Origin: a virus
IMG/VR virus record: IMGVR_UViG_3300044580_000331
DNA length: 30,953 nt
Strand: one strand, 5' to 3'
How positions within the stretch are numbered: the stretch's first letter is position 1; the number at the start of each line of letters is the position of its first letter. A program made the translations under genes and the position numbers. The notes beneath the pieces are model-generated. The model did not search any database. It was not told where the DNA came from and saw nothing but the letters and a program-made list of their open reading frames with translations. Positions 1 to 7,054 of this stretch are shown here, in pieces.

Positions 1-270
1 AAGCTGTTTGGCAGATACTTTAGCGTAAGGGCGGGGCGTCGGAAGATTGACCATAGCTGGGGCGAGGGAGAGCTTGAGAACATCGGTAAGGACGCTGCGA
101 TTGATTATATGCAGATGCCTGAGAAGGTCAAGCAGATTGACAAGCGGCTAGCCAGGTTTGAGGTCAAGTTTGAGAAGCTTATCGAGGCTTTGGGTTGTCT
201 GGGGGATTTGGAGGCTTCGCCTGAGCGATTGGCTGAGGGTCAACGGCGGCTAGGAGAGTATGTGACATGA
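1..270 (+). CDS. Hypothetical protein, C-terminal part (5' truncated by window edge)
   Basis: Frame 1 open from base 1 to TGA 268-270 (KLFGRYFSV...KIDHSWGEGELE...EYVT*); stop overlaps ATG of next gene (ATGA). Confidence 0.6.
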   Translation, partial: KLFGRYFSVRAGRRKIDHSWGEGELENIGKDAAIDYMQMPEKVKQIDKRLARFEVKFEKLIEALGCLGDLEASPERLAEGQRRLGEYVT

Positions 271-1151
271 GAGTTGCCCTTGTCAATATTGAACCGAAAG
301 TTGAGAACACGGCTTACATGCAGATAAGTCAATATCACAAACAGCAAGGCGACACCGTGGAATGGTATAGCCCAATGTATCGCTATGAATACGATAAAAT
401 CTATTGCTCCAGCATTTTTGATTTTACCGATAAAAGCCAAGTGCCAAAAGAGGCTATCTGCGGCGGAACAGGCTTTAAAGACTTGATTGCTAAACGGTTG
501 CCTCCTGAGATTGAATCCTGCGACTTGGATTATTCTCTTTATCCGCGATGTAGGACCTCGTATATTTGGTTTTCAAGAGGATGCCCTAAAAATCATGATT
601 TCTGTGTGGTGCCACAAAAGGAAGGCAGACTTAGGTGTGTACAGCCTAAAAACCTCAATCCGAATGCAACCCGCGTAAGCGTTATGGATAACTCTTTTAC
701 TGCTTTACCTGACGCCGCCTTTTTTGGCGCTCTTAATTTTTTGGAGCGGTTAGGGTTACCTGTTGATTTTGAGTGTGGAATTGACTGTAGAATTGATGCG
801 CCTGAACGTTGGATCGCAATTCGTGATCGTTTGAAGATTTATCGCCAAATCAGGACCGCTTGGGATATTCCGAGCGAGGACCTGCGAGATGCTCTGAAAC
901 GATTTGCCGCCGTCTTTGGCACCTCAAAGGTCATGGTCTACGTGTTTATTGGGAAGGATTCCACGCCTGCAGAGGATTTAATGCGGGTTGAGGAGATTAG
1001 GAAACTCAAGCTCGATGCTTGGGTTATGCCCTATAACAAGAAGGACCGCTACCAAAAAGCGTTTGAGCGCTGGAATAATCGACACTGTAAATGTGACTGG
1101 AAGGATTACGATGTCAATGTAAAGAATTCAAGGCGGAGGGTTTCTGCTTGA
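267..1151 (+). CDS. Radical SAM-superfamily protein with short N-terminal B12-binding-like domain; variant CxxxHxxC cluster motif
   Basis: N-terminal VALVNIEP..N.AYMQISQYHKQQGD.VEWY pattern; SRGCPKNHDFCVVPQKEG at the radical SAM motif position; VMDNSF downstream. Confidence 0.7.
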   Translation: MRVALVNIEPKVENTAYMQISQYHKQQGDTVEWYSPMYRYEYDKIYCSSIFDFTDKSQVPKEAICGGTGFKDLIAKRLPPEIESCDLDYSLYPRCRTSYIWFSRGCPKNHDFCVVPQKEGRLRCVQPKNLNPNATRVSVMDNSFTALPDAAFFGALNFLERLGLPVDFECGIDCRIDAPERWIAIRDRLKIYRQIRTAWDIPSEDLRDALKRFAAVFGTSKVMVYVFIGKDSTPAEDLMRVEEIRKLKLDAWVMPYNKKDRYQKAFERWNNRHCKCDWKDYDVNVKNSRRRVSA

Positions 1152-1261
1152 GTTTGCAGGTTGGGTTGGCGCCGTGTCCTTGTCGCTTCTCTCAAATATG
1201 TGGAGATGTTACGGGGCCGCCTTACATGGATAAAGATTACAAGCCGGAGGTTAGCGATTAA
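1148..1261 (+). CDS. Small hypothetical protein (37 aa, TTG start)
   Basis: TTG overlaps the previous stop, and its TAA overlaps the next ATG (TAATG); below the ORF-track cutoff. Confidence 0.3.
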   Translation: MSLQVGLAPCPCRFSQICGDVTGPPYMDKDYKPEVSD

Positions 1262-1339
1262 TGAACGCTACACAACCACGGCGGGGGTATTGCCCCCACT
1301 TCGGGGAAGTGATGGATTTAGATAACTGTTTCTTTTGCC
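1261..1339 (+). pseudogene. 5' half of a small Cys-containing viral ORF interrupted by the transposon
   Basis: ATG 1261 MNATQPRRGYCPHFGEVMDLDNCFFC; continues in frame after the right TSD (HFKSNHTQPINP*, TAA 5362-5364) when the element and one TSD copy are removed. Confidence 0.45.
1332..1339 (+). repeat. Left target-site duplication CTTTTGCC
   Basis: Identical to 5319-5326 and abuts the TIR. Confidence 0.92.
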
Positions 1340-1431
1340 GGTTCTGTTAAGTTCTTAAGGGATTGACTTTTCCGTTAAGTTCCGTGGGATATTTCTGTTG
1401 GTTTTTTTCTCCATGTTAAGTGTCGTGGGAT
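1340..1431 (+). repeat. Left terminal inverted repeat (92 bp) with three internal ~17-bp GTTAAGT...GGGAT direct repeats
   Basis: Exact reverse complement of 5227-5318, checked base by base; sub-repeats start at 1346, 1374 and 1415. Confidence 0.95.
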
Positions 1432-1450
1432 AAACAAGGCATATCCTTAA

Positions 1451-1657
1451 ATGTCATTTAAAAACAGAAAACTAAGGTTGATAAAAATGTCAAAAAAAGC
1501 AAAAAGGAAAAGAACAGAAAAAGAAATATTGGAAGAAATTGAAATCCACTTATCGACACTTGGGTTATGTATGTCTGAATTGACTGAAACAATAAACCGA
1601 TTAACTCAAGAAATCAGGGAAAACAATAACTTAAGAAGAATAAGACACCCGACCTAA
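1451..1657 (+). CDS. Small basic/coiled-coil hypothetical protein (transposon passenger)
   Basis: 68-aa ORF (alternative start ATG 1487) converging on the transposase with overlapping stop codons. Confidence 0.5.
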   Translation: MSFKNRKLRLIKMSKKAKRKRTEKEILEEIEIHLSTLGLCMSELTETINRLTQEIRENNNLRRIRHPT

Positions 1658-2811
1658 TTCTTCTTGCTTGCATTCTCAATTATAGTTTTCCACTTATTAT
1701 TTCCCTCAATTACGATTCCGCAAGCATCTGCGGGAGTTTTACCGTCTAACGCTTCATGCGGTCTAATGAAATTGTGATAAAGCTGATAGCCCTTTAGAGT
1801 AGCCGTATCGTCAATCTTTAAACCTCTCATGACCTTTTCCCTATCCCTAACCTCTCCATTCATCCGTTCCATCTTGTTATTGTTCATATCACCACTTAGC
1901 TTAATGTGCCTAACGTGCTCAGTTCTTGGATTTTTTAGCGTGAAAAATTCCTTTTTATAAGCATCATGATAAGCGGGTAATCCATCGGTTATGAAAGTCA
2001 TAGGCTTCTTTCCAGTTGCTTCTTTTGCCATACGTAACAAGTTTCTTGCATCATGCTTATCCTTCGACTCTGCCACTTCTTGAGCTATCCAAAACCTTGT
2101 CTCATCATCCATCATGGCAAAGAGGTATTTCATGTTGCCATTAATCTTAACGTATAACTCATCGGCTCTCCAAGTGTCGCTTACATTTGGCTTTATTTTG
2201 GCTAAATATTCCGTCATTAGTGCGGTATACTTCTTTATCCATGCGTAAACTGCCACATGGCTAACCTTAACACCTTGCAGTTTAAGGAATTTCTGAACAT
2301 TCCTAAACGATTCCCCTGTGAAATAAAGTTGCATTGCCGATGTGATTATTTGCGGTGTAGCTCTCATACCCTCAAACCCTAAATTAAGGGTGAAATGTTT
2401 ACCGCATTTTTGGCAATGATAAACCTGTAAGTCACCGTGTTTGTTATGGCGAACCCCATCTTTCACTATCTCGGAAGAATGACAATAGATGCATTCGCCA
2501 ACGTTTTCTATCTGAGTGATTCTTTTGGTTACTTCTCTTAATGACTTGGAAAGCGCTACTGCAAAAATGTGTTTGCATTTTACGTGTCGGAATTGATAGT
2601 CTGGGCACTCACAGACTAATTCATTATCTACCTGAGCAACCGTGTATTCACCTTTTCCCGACTGTGACTTAACGATGTAAAGGCAATCATCTATTCGACT
2701 AACTTGATTTCCTTTCTTGCTTACTATCTCTGAGCCTCTTTGCTCTCGGAGATTTTCAAGTTCTTGTTTCATCATCATTCTACTTACCTTGTTACCTACA
2801 TGGTTACCCAT
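1654..2811 (-). CDS. tnp: IS6-family DDE transposase with N-terminal SWIM zinc finger and zinc ribbon
   Basis: SWIM CECPD...CKHIFAV; CIYC...CQKC ribbon; WRADELY, FITDG and NNKMERMNG catalytic DDE motifs; C-terminal YHNFIRPHEAL; real start probably ATG 2778-2772. Confidence 0.9.
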   Translation of the reverse strand: MGNHVGNKVSRMMMKQELENLREQRGSEIVSKKGNQVSRIDDCLYIVKSQSGKGEYTVAQVDNELVCECPDYQFRHVKCKHIFAVALSKSLREVTKRITQIENVGECIYCHSSEIVKDGVRHNKHGDLQVYHCQKCGKHFTLNLGFEGMRATPQIITSAMQLYFTGESFRNVQKFLKLQGVKVSHVAVYAWIKKYTALMTEYLAKIKPNVSDTWRADELYVKINGNMKYLFAMMDDETRFWIAQEVAESKDKHDARNLLRMAKEATGKKPMTFITDGLPAYHDAYKKEFFTLKNPRTEHVRHIKLSGDMNNNKMERMNGEVRDREKVMRGLKIDDTATLKGYQLYHNFIRPHEALDGKTPADACGIVIEGNNKWKTIIENASKKN

Positions 2812-2860
2812 TTATATAAACATGTTGGTAACAGTATAGGTAACCTTTTATATAGGTTAC
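2791..2860. promoter_or_regulatory. Divergent promoter between tnp and abrB-like gene: two TATA boxes flanked by GGTAAC/GTTACC repeats
   Basis: TTTATATAAA 2811-2820 and TTTTATATA ~2846-2854; GTTACC/GGTAAC/GGTTAC copies near 2791, 2802, 2827, 2839 and 2855. Confidence 0.55.
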
Positions 2861-2890
2861 AGATTAAGATACCTATTAAGGCGGATAAAA

Positions 2891-3121
2891 ATGGAAGACG
2901 ATAATGGAGAAACAACCAAATTAACCTTAGCCAAAACCGAAAGCACATCATTAAGAACAACAGTACCCATGAGTATCGTAAGGCAATTCAACCTGAAAAC
3001 AGGGGATAGACTAGGCTGGAAAATCGATATAAAAAATGGCGAATTAGTAGTAATTGTTAAACCTATTAGAGATTCCGAATCTAAAAATGATTTGAAAAAC
3101 TCCACTGGAAATATACGCTAG
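2891..3121 (+). CDS. AbrB/MazE/SpoVT-family DNA-binding protein
   Basis: SLRTTVPMSIVRQFNLKTGDRLGWKI...ELVVIV matches the swapped-hairpin AbrB pattern. Confidence 0.8.
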   Translation: MEDDNGETTKLTLAKTESTSLRTTVPMSIVRQFNLKTGDRLGWKIDIKNGELVVIVKPIRDSESKNDLKNSTGNIR

Positions 3122-3155
3122 GACTTAAGTAAAAGGTATTGATACATAGGAGAGA

Positions 3156-4448
3156 TTGAGAAAAATGGTGGAAATAGAGATAGGGCGACCAAAAGTTTCC
3201 GATAAGTTAACTGAAGTACGCAATTTAGTCTTAAATGGAAACGGGGAAACCAAAAACGTCGTTTTTAGAGACATCATGCCTTTACCGTCAACAACATACG
3301 CCACTTTTGGATTACACCGTTATCCTGCAAAATTTATTCCTCAAGTCATAGCATACATTCTTAATCAATACACCACACCTGACATGAAAATTTTCGACCC
3401 ATTTGGCGGCAGTGGCACAGTAGGCACCATGTCGCGACTTTATGGAAATGATTATGAACTTTGGGATTTGAACCCGATAATTGAAATTCTTCATGAAATA
3501 GCGACCATGAAGCCAAAAGAAATAGATGTTTCAGAAATCAGAAAACAGATGCTTGCAAGCGACAAAGAGTTTATTCCTGATTGGGATAGAATGCAAAATT
3601 GGTTCCCGAAAGAGTTTATGTCCTTCTTGTATAAAGCATGGGGATATTACCATTCAATAACTGATAAAGACCTACAACTTATTTTAACCGTGCCTCTGCT
3701 AAGAACAACAAGATACTTCTCTTTTGACGATATGCAAAGGCAAAAACTCACCAAATCCGACCGTTCAGAAGCAAGGGTTAACAACCTATTGAAAACAGAT
3801 TGGGAAAAACATTTCTTCCGTATGCTTCAGAATGAAACTATAAAGGTTCTTAATGGTATCCGTGAGTATAATTCTCTTGCACCAAAGAAGGTGAATGCCA
3901 TAGTTAAAGGTGGTGTAGATACTTTCACGGAAAAGTTAACTGAGAAAAAAGATGTTTTGATAACCTCCCCGCCTTATGTACAGTCGCAAGAATACATTCG
4001 CCAAGCCAAAATAGACCTGTTTTGGTTAGGTCATACTGAGGAAGAAGTAAAAGCATTAGGTAAATTAGAGATACCTTACAGAACAATAGAGCCGACAGAG
4101 ATATTCTCTGAAACATTCCGAGAATATGAAAAACAAATTGAGAAACCACATATCCGAAAAGTGTTTAATGCTTACTTTTGGGGTGTCGTTGGCGCACTTT
4201 CACGGTTACAAGAAGACATTACGTCACAGATGTTTCTTTTCGTTGGGCACTCAAGCACATGTGGTAAATCAACACCGATTGATAAGATACTTGTAGAGCA
4301 TTTTTCACATCTCGGTTGGCATCATAAAGCAACTTTAAGCGATACCATAGTTAGCCGCCGACTTTTCAGGTATAGATTAAACCCAGCAACTAAAACTCAA
4401 GATGCAAGAACATCGGTTGAAAACCTCGTGATTCTTGAAAAAGTTTAG
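3156..4448 (+). CDS. Amino-DNA methyltransferase, probably N4-cytosine, alpha motif order
   Basis: LHRYPAKF (motif X), FDPFGGSGT (motif I), and distal LITSPPY (motif IV) after a long target-recognition region. Confidence 0.85.
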   Translation: MRKMVEIEIGRPKVSDKLTEVRNLVLNGNGETKNVVFRDIMPLPSTTYATFGLHRYPAKFIPQVIAYILNQYTTPDMKIFDPFGGSGTVGTMSRLYGNDYELWDLNPIIEILHEIATMKPKEIDVSEIRKQMLASDKEFIPDWDRMQNWFPKEFMSFLYKAWGYYHSITDKDLQLILTVPLLRTTRYFSFDDMQRQKLTKSDRSEARVNNLLKTDWEKHFFRMLQNETIKVLNGIREYNSLAPKKVNAIVKGGVDTFTEKLTEKKDVLITSPPYVQSQEYIRQAKIDLFWLGHTEEEVKALGKLEIPYRTIEPTEIFSETFREYEKQIEKPHIRKVFNAYFWGVVGALSRLQEDITSQMFLFVGHSSTCGKSTPIDKILVEHFSHLGWHHKATLSDTIVSRRLFRYRLNPATKTQDARTSVENLVILEKV

Positions 4449-4459
4449 GAATTAAAACG

Positions 4460-4954
4460 TTATATTATTCCATATTCCCTTGCTTTTTGTAGGACATATG
4501 TTTGGTCTTTGCAGTTTTCAAGAATTTCATAGTTATTCTTTAGAGCTTGTATCCTATTGTTTGAAACGGATTTTGTTCCTAATGTTGCAATAAGGCATGT
4601 CGGAACAAAATAAAGCACTGGTTCACCATTTTCAAAATGTACACCCACAATACAGTCTGAGGTCTCTGGGCATTGAACGTATGTCTTGACATCTGACCTA
4701 TAGATTCTGTCCACTCCTCCTCGTGTACCACCCGTAAATTTGACTGAGTGCGTGGCTGTTTTGCATTGGAGTCTAAGAATGTCTTCTGTTCCGTCTGGTT
4801 TCTTCCTTACGATTATGATGTCGTACGGAGATAATGGTAACTCGACTGAAGAAACATTGCCATATTTTTTCATTAGAATGCCACATGCAATTTTCTCGTT
4901 TGCAAATCCTTCTATTGATGATTGCCTGCCTCTCTCTTCTTTTTCCTTAGCCAT
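4460..4954 (-). CDS. PD-(D/E)xK endonuclease, putative Type II restriction enzyme
   Basis: G..NE...SPYD...RLQCKT active-site pattern; converges on the methyltransferase gene. Confidence 0.7.
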   Translation of the reverse strand: MAKEKEERGRQSSIEGFANEKIACGILMKKYGNVSSVELPLSPYDIIIVRKKPDGTEDILRLQCKTATHSVKFTGGTRGGVDRIYRSDVKTYVQCPETSDCIVGVHFENGEPVLYFVPTCLIATLGTKSVSNNRIQALKNNYEILENCKDQTYVLQKAREYGII

Positions 4955-5186
4955 TAACGTTCATCCTTCCTTTATTTCTAAAATGGGGTTCGACCCCTGC
5001 TACAATACACCATTTATCGTTTGCCTCTTTAACGACTCCTTGCCTAGAAAGAAGAATAAGACTATCTCTAACCTTAACTCTATTGTTTGCATTGGTTAGT
5101 TTCTTAGTTTTTATAACATTAAAAATCTCATCTATAGTTGCATTTTTTAGTTCTGTTAGAATGTTGTAGACAATTCGTTGGCTCAT
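4947..5186 (-). CDS. Small winged-helix-like DNA-binding protein, co-transcribed with the nuclease
   Basis: IVYNILTELKNATIDEIFNVI...VRDSLILLSRQGVV...W helix-helix-wing pattern; overlaps the nuclease start by 8 nt. Confidence 0.5.
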   Translation of the reverse strand: MSQRIVYNILTELKNATIDEIFNVIKTKKLTNANNRVKVRDSLILLSRQGVVKEANDKWCIVAGVEPHFRNKGRMNVNG

Positions 5187-5226
5187 GTTACCCTTTGTTG
5201 ATGGTTTACAAATAAAAGTTTATCCC

Positions 5227-5318
5227 ATCCCACGACACTTAACATGGAGAAAAAAACCAACAGAAATATCCCACGGAACTTAACGGAAAAGTCAATCCCT
5301 TAAGAACTTAACAGAACC
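5227..5318 (-). repeat. Right terminal inverted repeat (92 bp)
   Basis: Exact reverse complement of 1340-1431. Confidence 0.95.
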
Positions 5319-5326
5319 CTTTTGCC
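5319..5326 (+). repeat. Right target-site duplication CTTTTGCC
   Basis: Identical to 1332-1339. Confidence 0.92.
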
Positions 5327-5365
5327 ACTTTAAGAGTAATCATACACAACCAATTAACCCCTAAC

Positions 5366-5400
5366 CTTAAATACTACCGTATCGTAGTACCTATTGAGGT
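5366..5400 (+). promoter_or_regulatory. Putative promoter/operator and RBS of the early operon
   Basis: CTTAAATA TATA-like box overlapping inverted repeat TACTAC-N6-GTAGTA (5372-5389); GAGGT RBS before ATG 5409. Confidence 0.4.
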
Positions 5401-5408
5401 AAAACAAA

Positions 5409-5726
5409 ATGAACACCGTAAACCCAACCCAAAAAGCAACACAATTATTATTAGCACTTGACAAACAAGGCGCAGACATCCTAACCTTTGAATGGGCTTT
5501 ACAAACTGGTAGATTAGCAGCAATGGACTACGACATAATGATGTTTATAAAAGCTGGCAATTTAGCAGCAACAAACGATGCACTAAGAGACGCTTACCGC
5601 TACTACTTCCAAAGCATGAAAAGCGCGTCTGTTGAGGAGTTGACCGCTAAAAAGTGGTTAAGCAAAAGCGCAATGGTGTTAGCCTCAAAGATAGCAAAAA
5701 CTCAATGGTTCCAAAAGGTTGACTAA
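5409..5726 (+). CDS. Hypothetical protein (helical)
   Basis: 105-aa ORF with GAGGT RBS. Confidence 0.7.
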   Translation: MNTVNPTQKATQLLLALDKQGADILTFEWALQTGRLAAMDYDIMMFIKAGNLAATNDALRDAYRYYFQSMKSASVEELTAKKWLSKSAMVLASKIAKTQWFQKVD

Positions 5727-5727
5727 A

Positions 5728-5850
5728 ATGGCTAAAGAACTTTTAATGTGGACTTGCCCGAAATGCGGCAAAGTTATAACATCCCTTTATACCCGACAAT
5801 TCGAGCAGAACAAGAAAGCTCATTTAGAAACACACCCGGAGGGCGCTTAG
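5728..5850 (+). CDS. C2H2-type zinc-finger microprotein (40 aa)
   Basis: MAKELLMWTCPKCGK...KAHLETHPEGA; ATG 1 nt after the previous stop; not in ORF track. Confidence 0.6.
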   Translation: MAKELLMWTCPKCGKVITSLYTRQFEQNKKAHLETHPEGA

Positions 5851-6027
5851 TTGTCTGGTGCTGTTGGTCCTGACGGTTGGCCTTTAGGCGAAAAACGCTA
5901 TCACTGTGCAAACTGCGACTTTGCCATAGATGGCAAGCCATGTGAAAAGCATGGCATACTTCAAGAGGATGGCACAGTCAAACCATTCAATAATAGCAAA
6001 GAAACCACAGGAGCCAAACAACCATGA
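5851..6027 (+). CDS. Small zinc-binding hypothetical protein (58 aa, TTG start)
   Basis: HCANC...PCEKH; directly follows the previous stop, and its stop overlaps the next ATG (ATGA). Confidence 0.5.
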   Translation: MSGAVGPDGWPLGEKRYHCANCDFAIDGKPCEKHGILQEDGTVKPFNNSKETTGAKQP

Positions 6028-6293
6028 CAGATAAACGAACCTTAAGAGAACGCTTAGAAGAGGTAGAGATTACAGACGGACACGCTGGTGTTGTTATCGC
6101 CTGTGTGTCTGAATGGTTAACTGGCATACTTCTGGATAAACAGAAAACTTACGAGTATTTGCAAGAGAAAGCAAAGCACGACATAATCCATCGGTCAATG
6201 TATTTTATGAGTGGAGCAGAGACAGACGTTTTAAAGGAACTCATAGCCGAACTTGCATCTAACAACCAGAAACCAATCAAGGGGAGCGAGTAA
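6024..6293 (+). CDS. Hypothetical protein
   Basis: 89-aa ORF, translationally coupled. Confidence 0.6.
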   Translation: MTDKRTLRERLEEVEITDGHAGVVIACVSEWLTGILLDKQKTYEYLQEKAKHDIIHRSMYFMSGAETDVLKELIAELASNNQKPIKGSE

Positions 6294-6294
6294 T

Positions 6295-6459
6295 ATGGAA
6301 GGCGTAAACTTTACCTTTAGTGAAACTGAAGACGGTTTCGATAAAATGATAGCATTGATTCAGAATATCTATCTTGAGTCAGATTCATGGGATTTCAAAG
6401 TTGAGATTACCAAAGAACAAGGAACTTATAACGTCTGGATAGGTGACAAAGATGAGTAA
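6295..6459 (+). CDS. Small acidic hypothetical protein
   Basis: ATG 6295 in the frame of track ORF 6253-6459, 1 nt after the previous stop. Confidence 0.55.
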   Translation: MEGVNFTFSETEDGFDKMIALIQNIYLESDSWDFKVEITKEQGTYNVWIGDKDE

Positions 6460-6667
6460 CTGGCAAGCATACCCAGACTGTTATAATTGCGGTAAAACTG
6501 GGCCATGTCCTTGTTTCACTGTTACAGCCGCAAGTATGATCGAATGCACCGTAAATCAAACAGGGATAAGCAGCGTAAGCGGCCTTTCAAGTCGCGCCCT
6601 AAAACTCAGATTAATGAATCACAAGGAATGCAAAAACCATGAGCGAGCAAAAAGTAGCATGGTATAA
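6452..6667 (+). CDS. Cys-rich hypothetical protein
   Basis: DCYNCGKTGPCPC motif; overlaps the previous stop. Confidence 0.45.
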   Translation: MSNWQAYPDCYNCGKTGPCPCFTVTAASMIECTVNQTGISSVSGLSSRALKLRLMNHKECKNHERAKSSMV

Positions 6668-6880
6668 ACGGAACCCTGAGAAAATACAAAAAACTCGCCG
6701 CGAAGTCTACTACATGTGAGATTAAAGGTAAGTGCCCATTTGCGTATAATGCGAGTATTACAAAATGCACCGATGGAAAAGCAATCACGGAGGCTAAAGA
6801 GTAATGCCGAGCGAATACTCAACTGGCTGTAGTGACTGTGGGCATCCGCTTGAGCGTTGTATCCAAGAGGAGGCTTTGAG

Positions 6881-7054
6881 TTGACGGGTAGGGAGTTTAG
6901 CGGAGTATTCAGGGAGCGATATTGTTGGCGATATAAAGAGTGCGCTCGGTGTCATGAAGCCTTCGTGGAAGGGGATAGGATTGTTTCTCGTAATCGTGGG
7001 AAGCGTCACCGGGTTGTGTATCACAAAAAATGCTGGGAGGGCATGCAGGTTTGA
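6881..7054 (+). CDS. Small zinc-finger protein (CxxC...HxxC)
   Basis: KECARCHEAFVEGDRIV...YHKKCW; GGAGG RBS ahead of TTG 6881. Confidence 0.6.
   Translation: MTGREFSGVFRERYCWRYKECARCHEAFVEGDRIVSRNRGKRHRVVYHKKCWEGMQV

Larger units (their letters stand above)
1340..5318. mobile_element. IS6-family cargo (unit) transposon, 3,979 bp, carrying a putative restriction-modification module
   Basis: Perfect 92-bp TIRs, 8-bp TSD, single IS6-type DDE transposase; ends GGTTCTGTT resemble IS257/IS1216 termini; visibly AT-richer than the flanks. Confidence 0.92.

Noticed and set aside
1340-1431. Repeated GTTAAG...GGGAT units as a CRISPR array
   Set aside because: Only three imperfect 17-18-bp copies with spacers of 10-24 bp, fully mirrored in the opposite TIR; no cas genes.
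2857-3105. Antisense ORF opposite the AbrB-like gene, and similar shadow ORFs (for example 240-440, 4740-5099, 7021-7473, 10374-10661, 20123-20452, 22827-23135, 23650-23985)
   Set aside because: They overlap better-supported genes on the other strand or frame and lack motifs or RBS.
1340-5318. Classical composite transposon or casposon
   Set aside because: Only one transposase copy, and it is a DDE IS6 type; no Cas1 or family B polymerase.
6639-6804. Possible frameshifted gene (MSEQKVAWYKRNPEK continuing as ...KYKKLAAKSTTCEIKGKCPF in another frame at the AAAA run near 6681)
   Set aside because: Both pieces are very short and there is no homology evidence; could be chance, a sequencing indel or decay.
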